DNA of 64,000 nt, taken from contig JAUPSS010000012.1 of the NCBI GenBank assembly GCA_040285825.1, positions 248,001 through 312,000 of the forward strand. The letters run 5' to 3'. Both the position numbers and the translations under genes were made by a program. Under the pieces are notes generated by a model. That model had not been told where the DNA came from. It searched no databases and worked only from the letters and a program-made list of their open reading frames with translations. Positions 25,391 to 35,334 of this stretch are shown piece by piece (position 1 is the stretch's first letter; each line of letters starts with the position of its first letter). Origin of the DNA: Eukaryota sp. TZLM1-RC (taxonomy: Eukaryota; Protista; Metamonada: BaSk clade).

Positions 25391-26318
25391 ATTTTGTAAG
25401 GAAAGATGAATTATTTAAATGTTCATTTATAGAGATATATAGAATAACGCTATATGCATCAATCATATCAGTGATCATCATTTATCATTGATGTTGTACA
25501 ATTACAAATTGATGTGGGAGATGCGAAAATGATTGCTTATAATATAACAAAGGACTATTGTTTAGCCGGTATTTCTATCAGGATACCCCTATCTTTGGCT
25601 GTGTAATATTATATATATCTGTGTAATATCATCGTCTTTCTTAAAAACTGACTATTGGGTGACATATTGTAGGGTAGTGTGGCGAATAGTCATCAAAAGA
25701 CACAATCAGAACAACAGAGAAAACGAGTTAAGGAAAGAATGCGGCTATGACCTTGTATTGTTGAGTGAGAGTGGGACTGACCCAATATGCAACATGAGTC
25801 TGACGTAACATGAAAACAATTGTTGAAATAAGAAGCCAACTCGGCCGACAAGACACAGAAGAGTAGAATCTTCCATAGTAATTCCACAAGGGAAAGACTA
25901 CACGTCAAAGAACTGTGTCTTGCCACAAGTCATCATCACTGGCCTTGGTGTTGTCTATTTTTGAAAAGACAAACGAAAGAATACACTATAGAAATGATCC
26001 TGATAGAGTATAATCGTTATAAGATAATGGAGGAGTTGATTCAATTAGTACTGACACAAAAATTCGCGTTGCACTGAGCGTGGAAAAAATTCATTTCATT
26101 TTATTGAATTCGATATTACTGAACAGGGAATGACAACTTTCACAAAAACGCATCAACATTGATAGAATCAAGATGTTCAATCACCATTACACTTAGATCA
26201 AATTAAATGTAATTTTCTCCGTCAGCTTTAATCTTGTGATTTTCAGAATTGATTTCTTTTTATTAACATTAAGTGAAATACAGCAGTCTTATTGTTCTTA
26301 TATAAATAACATGACCAC

Positions 26319-26891
26319 CTACACACTTCTACTCATTTCATTCGGTAAAACAGTGATGTATCTATTCTGATTCATCCATCGTAAAAACAATTTTGCAAAA
26401 AATGTTATACCATATACACTTAAACCAAAAAATACAGAGAGTTCAAAGATGATCAAAATAACAGCACTGAGGGGAGCTGTCCGTAACTCAAAAGGTATAT
26501 CTATCGAACCAATGATGACCAGAAGTGTGTATATCAAAAATGCCATTGAGATTGATGTACTCATAAAGATTCCAATAATCTTGCCAATTTCACCTTGTTG
26601 TAATCTCATTTTTTTCCATTGGCAAATTGGTAGAGGTCTAGAAGCAACTCTAAACGGAGTATTGCAAAGTTCACAATCTTGAGAACCACTGTATCCATGC
26701 CAAGCACTCAGACAGTCAATATGGAGAAATTGAAGACTTCCTTTGCATTGACATAGAGCAAATAAGGGGCCTTCTGGCATACGACATATACGGCAAAATG
26801 GTGCATCATCCTCATCTGGTGATTGTACAGAAGATTGTTGTGTCGGTGAATGGGGATCTGATTTGGGTTGTTCTATTTCATATTGGGACAT
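26319..26891 (-). CDS. MARCH-type (RING-CH) membrane E3 ubiquitin ligase
   Basis: CRIC..CQCKGSLQFLHIDCLSAW..CELC followed by two TM segments. Confidence 0.9.
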   Translation of the reverse strand: MSQYEIEQPKSDPHSPTQQSSVQSPDEDDAPFCRICRMPEGPLFALCQCKGSLQFLHIDCLSAWHGYSGSQDCELCNTPFRVASRPLPICQWKKMRLQQGEIGKIIGIFMSTSISMAFLIYTLLVIIGSIDIPFELRTAPLSAVILIIFELSVFFGLSVYGITFFAKLFLRWMNQNRYITVLPNEMSRSV

Positions 26892-27003
26892 TGTGGAGAA
26901 GTGTCATATGCGAGGTTTCCCTATGTTTTACGAGAGCAGACATCTTGTCTGGAAAGATGTCCTTGATTGAGTTTGATGATACATCACGCCTCTCATATTT
27001 ACC

Positions 27004-27738
27004 ATGTTTTTGTTGATAACAGTGCTGTGTTTTGCAGTTCCTGTGATCACCCTCAACACATCGGTCTGTAATTTGATCTTACCACGTGGGTTGTCAAAGG
27101 AACTTCGTCGAAAAAGTTATCATCTCCTAGGTGCTATTTACCCTATTATACACCTGCACCTAATTAACATATACGGTGAGAATCAACATTCCCGATTTGT
27201 CATGATAAAAATAATGAATGGAGCCATGTTGTTGAATGTTGGCTTTGAAACCTTTCGACTACTTAGTCCGAATTTCAATGTCTATTTTTTAGAAAAGATG
27301 TCATCCACACGGCGACGCTATGAAATCCATAGTGTTACTGGAAATTTTTGGTACACTTATTCCTCCTTAGTATGTGTCTTGTTCTTTCCTGCCAGATTCA
27401 CTATATTATCCCAGTTCAACTATGTCATAGGGGATACTGCTGCTAGTATTGCGGGCAAGGTATCGAGGAGGCCTTACAACATTCTCCATGGAAAATCCCT
27501 TCAAGGAACGCTTACAGCACTGTTGATAACCTTTGCATATTCCATTGGCTTTTTTACATTGTTTCTACACAAAGAGTTGAGAAAAGACATTGTAGTTATA
27601 AGTATGGTCGCGTCATTCAGCACAACTGTTGCGGAGGTAATTGCTTCAAGTGAGAGATTGAACGATAACTTCTTGATGCCAATTTTAGGCTCCTTGATTC
27701 CTTGGTTTGTACACACTGTTTTCAGTTTAGATATCTAA
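27004..27738 (+). CDS. CTP-dependent lipid kinase (DGK1/phytol/dolichol kinase-like)
   Basis: ELRRKSYHL, GDTAASIAGK, GKSLQGT, LNDNFLMP; multi-TM. Head-to-head with the MARCH gene (112 bp gap). Confidence 0.85.
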   Translation: MFLLITVLCFAVPVITLNTSVCNLILPRGLSKELRRKSYHLLGAIYPIIHLHLINIYGENQHSRFVMIKIMNGAMLLNVGFETFRLLSPNFNVYFLEKMSSTRRRYEIHSVTGNFWYTYSSLVCVLFFPARFTILSQFNYVIGDTAASIAGKVSRRPYNILHGKSLQGTLTALLITFAYSIGFFTLFLHKELRKDIVVISMVASFSTTVAEVIASSERLNDNFLMPILGSLIPWFVHTVFSLDI

Positions 27739-27789
27739 CAATTTAATTTTATAATTTCTCTTTTTAATGTATATTAACATATTAATTTT

Positions 27790-28490
27790 ATATTTCAAAA
27801 AACTACACATCAACAAAAAACTCTATATCTTCATTTCTCAAATCAGCCAACAATTATCGATTGGAAGCTGCTCTCTCATCAAACCGTTCAAGAGATAATA
27901 AAGCAGAAGATAATAGGGGACAACATCTGTAAAAATTGAAAATACAATTATATTCTGCCAAAAAACTTGAGTTTTGTTCCTTTCAATTTTTACTGTTCAA
28001 TGAATAGAAATAGAAACATCAACTAAACATTTATAAACATTTGTAAACATTTGTACATTCGAAAATGGTGAAGTTCCCATTTAAACCAGGAACAACCAAA
28101 TTACCTGTTTTGAGGCCCATAAAAGCTCTATTGTAACGATTACTATCACTATTGGGGTCTTTGAGAATTCATTTAGACAACAATGTTTCCAAATAGGAAC
28201 AACTCGATCTGATTTGCACATGACACAATTTGGTTTTTGACATTATTATGTCCTTTGGTTCTAAATGTAATGAAATGTTCACTGTTTAAAAGATGAGTAA
28301 ACAAAAGTGATTTTCCACATTTACATGTTAAATGATTTGGCAAGTTCTTTGGATAAAACAAACAACGAAAACGCATGTTCAAAAGCCAATTATTGTCCTT
28401 TAAACGAAGTCCATGAACAGAGGGAATTTGGGAAAGTAAAACTGTTACAAATTCTTTGAACAATTTCCAAAAGCAGAATTTTTAGTTTTA
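27790..28490 (-). mobile_element. Degenerate CRE-like fragments (B/B2-like)
   Basis: QIPSVHGL..NMRFR..CKCGK..HLL at 28173-28463; a WQN(R)IVFSIF..LAD..EDIEF-type end at 27820-27965. Confidence 0.75.
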
Positions 28491-28879
28491 CAAATTAAAA
28501 TCAATTGGATCCAACCGTTGATGAATTAAAATTCTTTGACAAATCTTCTTTTTCGGTTTTACAATTTAATCCTATAAACGAACAGAGACCAATCCAAGTC
28601 TTACTTCATAATGCGTGCTTTCCATACAAGATCGTGTTGGAGCTTTCTTAAGCAAAAACGAAGATAAAGGAGTGAGTGATTATGATACAATATGGAACGG
28701 GAAAACTGAACCTCTGATACCTAAACCGAAACTGAATTAAAACCGTTCTGTACTGGTACAATTGAGAAAGAGCGAAACTGATTTATTTTCAACACAGCAA
28801 ATGGTTTCCAAAATCGTGTTTGCAATTTTTGGGAGAGTCTACCAGAAAAGTTGAAATTTTCGCAAAAAATTGTTCTTAA

Positions 28880-29869
28880 ATGCAGTTCAATCTACAGCCA
28901 CTTTACACACTAGGCCCATCAATACGAGGTTCATCCAATGCTGGCCACTTTGTATTAACATATGAAGATGAATCTTCAATTGACGAGGGCAGTCCAATTG
29001 TTGCTATAAGTGATAGTCCTATTGATACTACCAAAGCCTTCTACGCTGAAGTTGAAATAATCAGTATCGGACAGTGCTTTGAATATGCTGGTGCGATTGG
29101 TGTTGGACCTCGAAACTATCCCCCTGATTGTCTCCCAGGATGGGAAGAAGGTTCTGTAGCTTATCATTGTGATAATGGTGAAGTTCATGATGGTTGCTGC
29201 ACAGAACCTTCTGATGATTACCCCATTGCACAACCTGGGGATACCGTTGGTCTCCTTTTGTGGCAACAACAGGTCTACTTTACACATAATGGTGTCCTAC
29301 TCAATGTAAATAATCCGTTCTCTTGTCCTCAAGACCCATGTCATCTGATGGTTGGTTTGATTGAACTAGGTGAGTCACTCATTGTGAAATTACAGTCACC
29401 ATTTAGTGGAAGCCCAGAGGCATTGCTTTCAACTATCAGTGGTCCATTAAAATCAGCCTCCTTGATGTTTCCCTTTGCTTTTTCCATGAAACCTGAGAAC
29501 TTTAGGGCTTTCATGACTGAAGGGTCAGAAAATGACGATTTCGAATGTCCAGTTTGCTTAGACATTGTTCATGATGCCGTTGAGACTGAATGTTGCCGTA
29601 CACTTTTTTGCCAAGGGTGCATTCACATGGATAAATGTCCATATTGCCGATCCTTACTCAAATCCAAACCTGAACATTCGATAAGGAGAATTGTTGCTGG
29701 TCTTGCTACTACTTGTTCACTTTGTAATTACAAAACAACAAGAGGAACATTTCCTGTGCATTTTGAAGAATGTCCAAGCCGAAAACGGAGTTGCTGCTTG
29801 TGTTCCCAATTTGTTAGTGATTCTGAAATGGAAATCCATTTGATGAAACAGCATCCTGAAATGCTGTAG
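28880..29869 (+). CDS. SPRY-domain RING-finger protein with a TRAF/SIAH-like Zn finger
   Basis: FYAEVEI..LPGWEEGSVAYHCDNG..GDTVGL..FTHNG (SPRY); CPVCLD..CC..FCQGC..CPYCR (RING); C-terminal CxxC..H..C. Confidence 0.85.
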   Translation: MQFNLQPLYTLGPSIRGSSNAGHFVLTYEDESSIDEGSPIVAISDSPIDTTKAFYAEVEIISIGQCFEYAGAIGVGPRNYPPDCLPGWEEGSVAYHCDNGEVHDGCCTEPSDDYPIAQPGDTVGLLLWQQQVYFTHNGVLLNVNNPFSCPQDPCHLMVGLIELGESLIVKLQSPFSGSPEALLSTISGPLKSASLMFPFAFSMKPENFRAFMTEGSENDDFECPVCLDIVHDAVETECCRTLFCQGCIHMDKCPYCRSLLKSKPEHSIRRIVAGLATTCSLCNYKTTRGTFPVHFEECPSRKRSCCLCSQFVSDSEMEIHLMKQHPEML

Positions 29870-29974
29870 GCACCTACATAAATTTAAAAAAAATCAGCTG
29901 ATAGTGAGGTGAAGTTAGTTTTTGTTTTATTAAGATTCGGTATTTTTTGTTTGTATAAATTTCTTTAATAGTTT

Positions 29975-30207
29975 ATTGTTCATTTAGTACATCCAAGATA
30001 TCAATGATCCAATGAATGAATCCTTTTTATTCAGTTGTTTTACAACTGCAAGATTGTTCATTTAGTACATCCAAGATATCAATGATCCAATGAATGAATC
30101 CTTTTTATTCAGTTGTTTTACAACTGCAAGATTGTTCATTTAGTACATCCAAGATATCAATGATCCAATGAATGAATCCTTTTTATTCAGTTGTTTTACA
30201 ACTGCAA
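29975..30207. repeat. Perfect tandem repeat, 3 x 78 bp
   Basis: Units start at 29975, 30053 and 30131 (ATTGTTCATTTAGTACATCC...CAACTGCAAG). Confidence 0.97.
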
Positions 30208-30715
30208 TATTTGAACGAAATACCCAATTGCTACATATAGACTAAGAGATAATGATATCTACCCTTTAGAAATTCATCATGATGGTAAGAAAGCTGATGT
30301 TGGTTTCTTGTACAGTAGATCTAGATTTTATGGATGATGACGTGATCAGTTAAATGACGAGTTGTAAACTCAGAAGAATTTGCCCAATGATCATTCATTT
30401 TACAGGACTCTCAAATTAAACCCTTGTATATGTTGAGCGGTTGTAACATTGATTAGATACAACAACCATAGATGCCATTGTCAATGTCTTTTCCTTGTTG
30501 TCATCAAGTAAACCAACTAATTAAAGTGTTGACGGACACATAGATGTTGATAATTTCATGACAAAATTCTCTTTTTTCCACAATTGCCTGGAAAAGAATC
30601 CTGTCTATACAAGGTACATGACAAAAAAGATAACGAGGGTTGATGTATTGAATTTATGAATACAAAAAACAAAACAATAAAAACAAATACAAATTTATAG
30701 ACACATCAAACAAAG

Positions 30716-33700
30716 CTAGTCAAAGCCAAATCCCCCAGTGAATTGACGGTTAAACTGCTCGTCACTATTTTCAAAAATATCATCCCCACCTCCTAAATCA
30801 TTCAGTTTAGCTTCCGTTGCTTCCTTGAACTTCGTTAATTCATTAATTTTATCAGACATGGTTTTGGTAACTCTAATCATAAAGGGCATTACGTTATCAA
30901 ACAGCTTATGTTCCCAGGCCAACTGCAAGACAAAATCTGGTGGTAAATAGTCAAAACAGTGATGAAGAGCAGTGGATAAGTGGTCCAAATGATGATTTTC
31001 CACAAAGAATCTAACCAAATTTTGACAAATAGTAGAATTTTGAGAAGTAGCAGCAGTGGAAATGCACTTTTCAAAATTTTCATCTAGTTTTAACAACTCA
31101 ATAGCTTCATCAAAACGCCTGATTTTGGAAAAAACAAAAGCTGAAAGAGTTCTGAATTCGCCAATTTCTGAATCCTGAAGCCTCCGAGCAAGTGATAATA
31201 AATCAATTTTAGCAAAGTTTTCGACTGTGTTCTGTACAGCCTCGTAATCACCTTCCGAAATATACAAGTCAATCAAAGCTTGATTGATTGCATCATCATC
31301 TTCATCCTGAACGTAAACAAGCCAACCCTTGACAGTTTCAAGTTGATTGTAGTCTTTGATTAAGGAGATAACCCTGGCCTTGTCGATTCTAGGCAGAGCA
31401 CAGAGTAAATCAGACAAATTGTCAATTGAATTATCCAAATAATGCTGAACTGCCTTGTAATATAGCTCAACATTAGCTGACTTTGCGAGAAAATCTTTGA
31501 ACGTTATGTGCTCAAATGCTGATTGATGAGTCATCATGACTTCACAAGCTGATTCAAATTCCTCTTCTTGCTTATAAATCACAACAACTTCAGACCACAA
31601 TTCGTTATCCTTACAGGCCGTCAGTAGCCTGTGTGAATGAAATCTACCAGCAAAAATCTTAATATGTTCCATTAGCTTTGAAGGCCTATGTTCAGCATAC
31701 AACTCACCCAGGACGGTAAAAATCCCTACATGGGCTTTGTTGAGGCCGCTTGCTGTTTCTAGCAGCTGAATCACCTCTTCTGCAGCATCATTTTGTACGT
31801 ACTTTTCAACAAGAGGGTCAAGTTCCTCAGGATGTGAGATGATATTGAGAGCAGCTGACTGGGCCAACTTAAACTCACCCTTGTCAATACATGCATGACA
31901 AACTTCCTTGTAAATCTGTACAGAATTGGCCTTTCTGGCAGCATCCACAGCAGCTGTGAATTCACCAAGTTTAATAAGTGTTTTGGCAAGTTTAGCGTGC
32001 TGATTGATCGTTGAAAAGATAAGTTTACAAGCATCAAACAGATCTTCATCAAACAGACGATCTCCAACGTCAATCCATTTCACGTTCGAACTAGAACTAG
32101 AAAGCAAATCATCTAATTCTATAAGAGATTCAGTGACACCGAGACAAAATGCATATTCAGAATCAATAAAAGAATCCTTGTATTGTTGCCTCGCCATTTT
32201 GAGGAAGGGTAACAATTGTCCATAACAACCAAATTCTTGAGCTGCCTTGATGACTTCACTAGCTCTGGAACCATCGTTAGCCTTGATGAGAGTCTCAATC
32301 GCCTTTTCAATTTGTCCATTTTCTAATAAATAATAACCCAATTTAGCAAAAACAGCAGGATCCCCCGTTCTTTCAGCAAATTCAGTCGCTTGCTCCAAAG
32401 AATCCATATAATCTAACAAAACCGAAACTGCTAAGGAGTTCTCCTCGTGTTTCTTGTAAATCATAAATGCTTCGTCATATAACCCAGTCTTGATTGCTAT
32501 CGTGGCAATATCCTTGGCATCGTAGTTGTCCAATCGCTTAACATACTCAGCAACCCTTTCATTATCAGTCTTGATGGCGGTAAGAATTAAAAGATTCTGC
32601 AACCCGGTGATGTTAGAGAAAGGGCCTCCTTTTTGAAGAACGATCTTTTCAAGAAGTTCAATCAAATATTCAGGAAGATCGGCCTTCATAAAAGCTCTTA
32701 CAGCCACAGAAACTTCATCCTGATCTTCAGTGTTGGGAACGACGGTGTTAACAATAGTAGAAACTAGACGTTCTCTCTGAGTATTATCCTCAGACAACAC
32801 CATTGCCCAAAGTGATTCCTCTTGACGGGACACGACGTACAGAGCAAAGGGTTTCATTAGGTCGTGGTGGTTGGCAAGGTAGAGGAGATGGTCGTCACAG
32901 TAACCCTTCCTGTAGGCCTCAAATGCCAGCTTTGGATCACGATTTTCAGCAAATTCACCTACAACCAGAGGGTCATAATGATGATTGTTTCTTAAAAAGT
33001 CAATAGCTGAAGTGTTATTGAGAATATAAATCTTGGCGAGCGCGGTGTGCACTTCAGAAAGAGTGTTACCCTGCGAAACGCAGCTTTCCAAAAAGGGAAG
33101 GAGGATTTTCAACCTATTCGCTGATTCGGCAGCTTCAATCAAATCAATCAGTTGCTGATCTTCATTGATGACAGTCAAAAGGTGATTAATCACATCATCA
33201 TTGTTATGACTCATATTCAACAAAGATTTAATGACAAAAGGTGTAGCATTCTGATTAATCTCAAAGCAATACTGCTTTACTAAATCAATTTTTCCATGAT
33301 TGACTGCTGATTCGATCACACGTGTCATGCTCTCGTCATTATTTTCAAAATGTTGTAATGCCAAATGATACAAACCATGAGATTCACAGAGCTTTGCGAC
33401 AGCTGCACTATCATAGTGAGACAAAAGACCTTTGGATAGGATCTTTTCCACGACTGTAATGTTACCAGCGGCAAAGTTGGCCTCAATTAATCTGGTTTGA
33501 AGTGGTTCTTCTTCAGGTTTGTTTTCCAAGACATCTAAAACGTAATCAGTTGCGTGGCGGTCAAGACTTTCCTTGAAAAAAGCATCAGCAATGTCGAGAC
33601 AGTCATCTATAGTTGGAGTGGGGGTTTGATTGGAGCTAGTTTTAGCCAGATTCAGAGCCTTATCAGGGTCGTTTTTGATTAGAGGGATGATTAAACTGGG

Positions 33701-35134
33701 GTAATCAGGTAGGAACCCCGTCCTTTGGCTATACTGGAAAATCTTATCAAACAATTCCAGGGAGATGAACGTCTTAACGACCTTTTCGTGAGCTTGTGCT
33801 TTGAGGTAGAACGCCAAACCAAGCTTAGAATCATGATGGTAGAGGAAATCGCCCAATTCTTCAGTAGGGGTAACTTTTTCCTCACGAAGATATTTTTCAA
33901 GGATCTGCAGCTTACTCTGCTTCACTAATATTTTGATAAGTTCAAAGCTCTCGACTTGGTTTAATCTCGTATTGTTTTCTATTAAGTGATGGAAATATAA
34001 TAACAATAAAGGTGGTTTTCCCGGTGAACTTGGGTAGTTTTTGAACAATTCAAGCGTTTCAGAGGTTCGAGAAGTGGTTGAAGCTAAGGAAATTGCTGAC
34101 GTCATCATTCCTTTATCAAGACAAGATTTGATGAGAGATGACGTGTCAGCTGTAATGAGGGAAACGACACCTAAAGATGACGTGGCAATGATGCCTTGAC
34201 CTCCGTTGACTTCTTGGCTGACTGTTGAAGAAAAAAGAGTTCCATTTGTTTCAATTTTATCAATAGTTTCTCCATTAGAAATATCAATCAGATAACAGAA
34301 AGTTTTGGTAATGACGTAAGCTAATGTTGAGGACACCGTGTGCACAGCAATTGGAAAATCTCCACTATTGTCAAGCATGATTTCTACAGAAGTCTTATTG
34401 ACCTCTGTTGACCCGAGAGGAATTGCATTGAATTTGAAAGAAGATTCGTGACTGACAACAAAGCAAAAGATTGGAATTGTGTTACTATTTTTAGAAACAG
34501 ACGTGAAACTTGCTGCTGAACCTTCTAGGTTTTGAGTTGCCCCTTTTGCTTGGGAAAACAACTGCAACCTGCCAATCATGTTACGTGATGCATCCTGAGT
34601 CATTCCAGAGACACACAGCCATTGTAGGTCATGTGAAGCAGAATAGTTGAGTATCTGAACAGACTTCATTGGCTCAGAGAGTTCAAACACTTTCTGAGGT
34701 TCAGAAGAGGAAAGCGAGAGATGGTAGACAGAGGATGACGTGATGACAGCCAAGACTTCGGTTGAAATCCATTTGATGTAGGAAATAGGTGCAGGGAGTT
34801 TGGCGGAATGGACACGTTGACCTTTGGCGAGGTTATACACTTGGAGGGCAGTGTCAGCTGAGGTGAGGGTTGAGGTAAAGTAAGGAAACAAACCCTTGAG
34901 GGCAATGATTTTGTCAGAAGGATGCATACGGACCATTTCAGCACCCATTTTGTGGCGTTCAAGTTCTGGTTCGGAGGAGCGAAGGTCTAGGATAGAGACA
35001 GTTTTGACACCATCTATTTCTTCTCGTTGAGTCAAAAAGTAGGGGGAGTCGAGGGAGGTGGTAGAGAACTTTATATTGGAAGGGTTGAGACCCAATGTGG
35101 ACAATGTGACGACATTGTCAAGAGCAAGAACCAT
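30716..35134 (-). CDS. CLTC: Clathrin heavy chain, divergent and shortened (probable in-frame intron 34858-34893)
   Basis: N-terminal propeller (MHPSDKIIALK, GRLQLFS, DFPIA), TEELGD, NRLKILLPFLE, VHTALAKIYI, LQNLLILTAIK, AHVGIFT and a trimerisation region (VLQLAW..VMPFMI). Confidence 0.95.
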   Translation of the reverse strand: MVLALDNVVTLSTLGLNPSNIKFSTTSLDSPYFLTQREEIDGVKTVSILDLRSSEPELERHKMGAEMVRMHPSDKIIALKGLFPYFTSTLTSADTALQVYNLAKGQRVHSAKLPAPISYIKWISTEVLAVITSSSVYHLSLSSSEPQKVFELSEPMKSVQILNYSASHDLQWLCVSGMTQDASRNMIGRLQLFSQAKGATQNLEGSAASFTSVSKNSNTIPIFCFVVSHESSFKFNAIPLGSTEVNKTSVEIMLDNSGDFPIAVHTVSSTLAYVITKTFCYLIDISNGETIDKIETNGTLFSSTVSQEVNGGQGIIATSSLGVVSLITADTSSLIKSCLDKGMMTSAISLASTTSRTSETLELFKNYPSSPGKPPLLLLYFHHLIENNTRLNQVESFELIKILVKQSKLQILEKYLREEKVTPTEELGDFLYHHDSKLGLAFYLKAQAHEKVVKTFISLELFDKIFQYSQRTGFLPDYPSLIIPLIKNDPDKALNLAKTSSNQTPTPTIDDCLDIADAFFKESLDRHATDYVLDVLENKPEEEPLQTRLIEANFAAGNITVVEKILSKGLLSHYDSAAVAKLCESHGLYHLALQHFENNDESMTRVIESAVNHGKIDLVKQYCFEINQNATPFVIKSLLNMSHNNDDVINHLLTVINEDQQLIDLIEAAESANRLKILLPFLESCVSQGNTLSEVHTALAKIYILNNTSAIDFLRNNHHYDPLVVGEFAENRDPKLAFEAYRKGYCDDHLLYLANHHDLMKPFALYVVSRQEESLWAMVLSEDNTQRERLVSTIVNTVVPNTEDQDEVSVAVRAFMKADLPEYLIELLEKIVLQKGGPFSNITGLQNLLILTAIKTDNERVAEYVKRLDNYDAKDIATIAIKTGLYDEAFMIYKKHEENSLAVSVLLDYMDSLEQATEFAERTGDPAVFAKLGYYLLENGQIEKAIETLIKANDGSRASEVIKAAQEFGCYGQLLPFLKMARQQYKDSFIDSEYAFCLGVTESLIELDDLLSSSSSNVKWIDVGDRLFDEDLFDACKLIFSTINQHAKLAKTLIKLGEFTAAVDAARKANSVQIYKEVCHACIDKGEFKLAQSAALNIISHPEELDPLVEKYVQNDAAEEVIQLLETASGLNKAHVGIFTVLGELYAEHRPSKLMEHIKIFAGRFHSHRLLTACKDNELWSEVVVIYKQEEEFESACEVMMTHQSAFEHITFKDFLAKSANVELYYKAVQHYLDNSIDNLSDLLCALPRIDKARVISLIKDYNQLETVKGWLVYVQDEDDDAINQALIDLYISEGDYEAVQNTVENFAKIDLLSLARRLQDSEIGEFRTLSAFVFSKIRRFDEAIELLKLDENFEKCISTAATSQNSTICQNLVRFFVENHHLDHLSTALHHCFDYLPPDFVLQLAWEHKLFDNVMPFMIRVTKTMSDKINELTKFKEATEAKLNDLGGGDDIFENSDEQFNRQFTGGFGFD

Positions 35135-35184
35135 TATAGATATTGTCTAAATCAAGATGAAGAGAATTGATTTGCAATTTCAAT

Positions 35185-35320
35185 TCTCTTTTTCAATCGA
35201 ATTAGAGAAGCTTTAGCCAGACACCAAGCAGATCAAGATTTTGTGGAAGAAATCTTGGTTCAATGATTTTCGTCTCAATAGTTATGACTTTATCTTGTTA
35301 AGTGTGTAAGTGTAATAAAT
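35185..35320 (+). repeat. Family G 3' stub
   Basis: Encodes NRIREALARHQADQDFVEEILVQ* followed by a UTR with AATAAA; tail-to-tail with the family A element. Confidence 0.8.
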
Positions 35321-35334
35321 TTTTTTTAAAATTG

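Noticed and set aside
25490-26060. Possible solo LTR or small gene
   Set aside because: No matching copy, PBS/PPT or convincing ORF.
29975-30207. CRISPR array
   Set aside because: The units are identical and contiguous, with no spacers and no cas genes.
35200-35260. U2 snRNA-like sequence (GATCAAG), suggesting snRNA-targeted insertion
   Set aside because: It lacks the GTGTAGTA branch-pairing motif and reads better as a retroelement ORF end.
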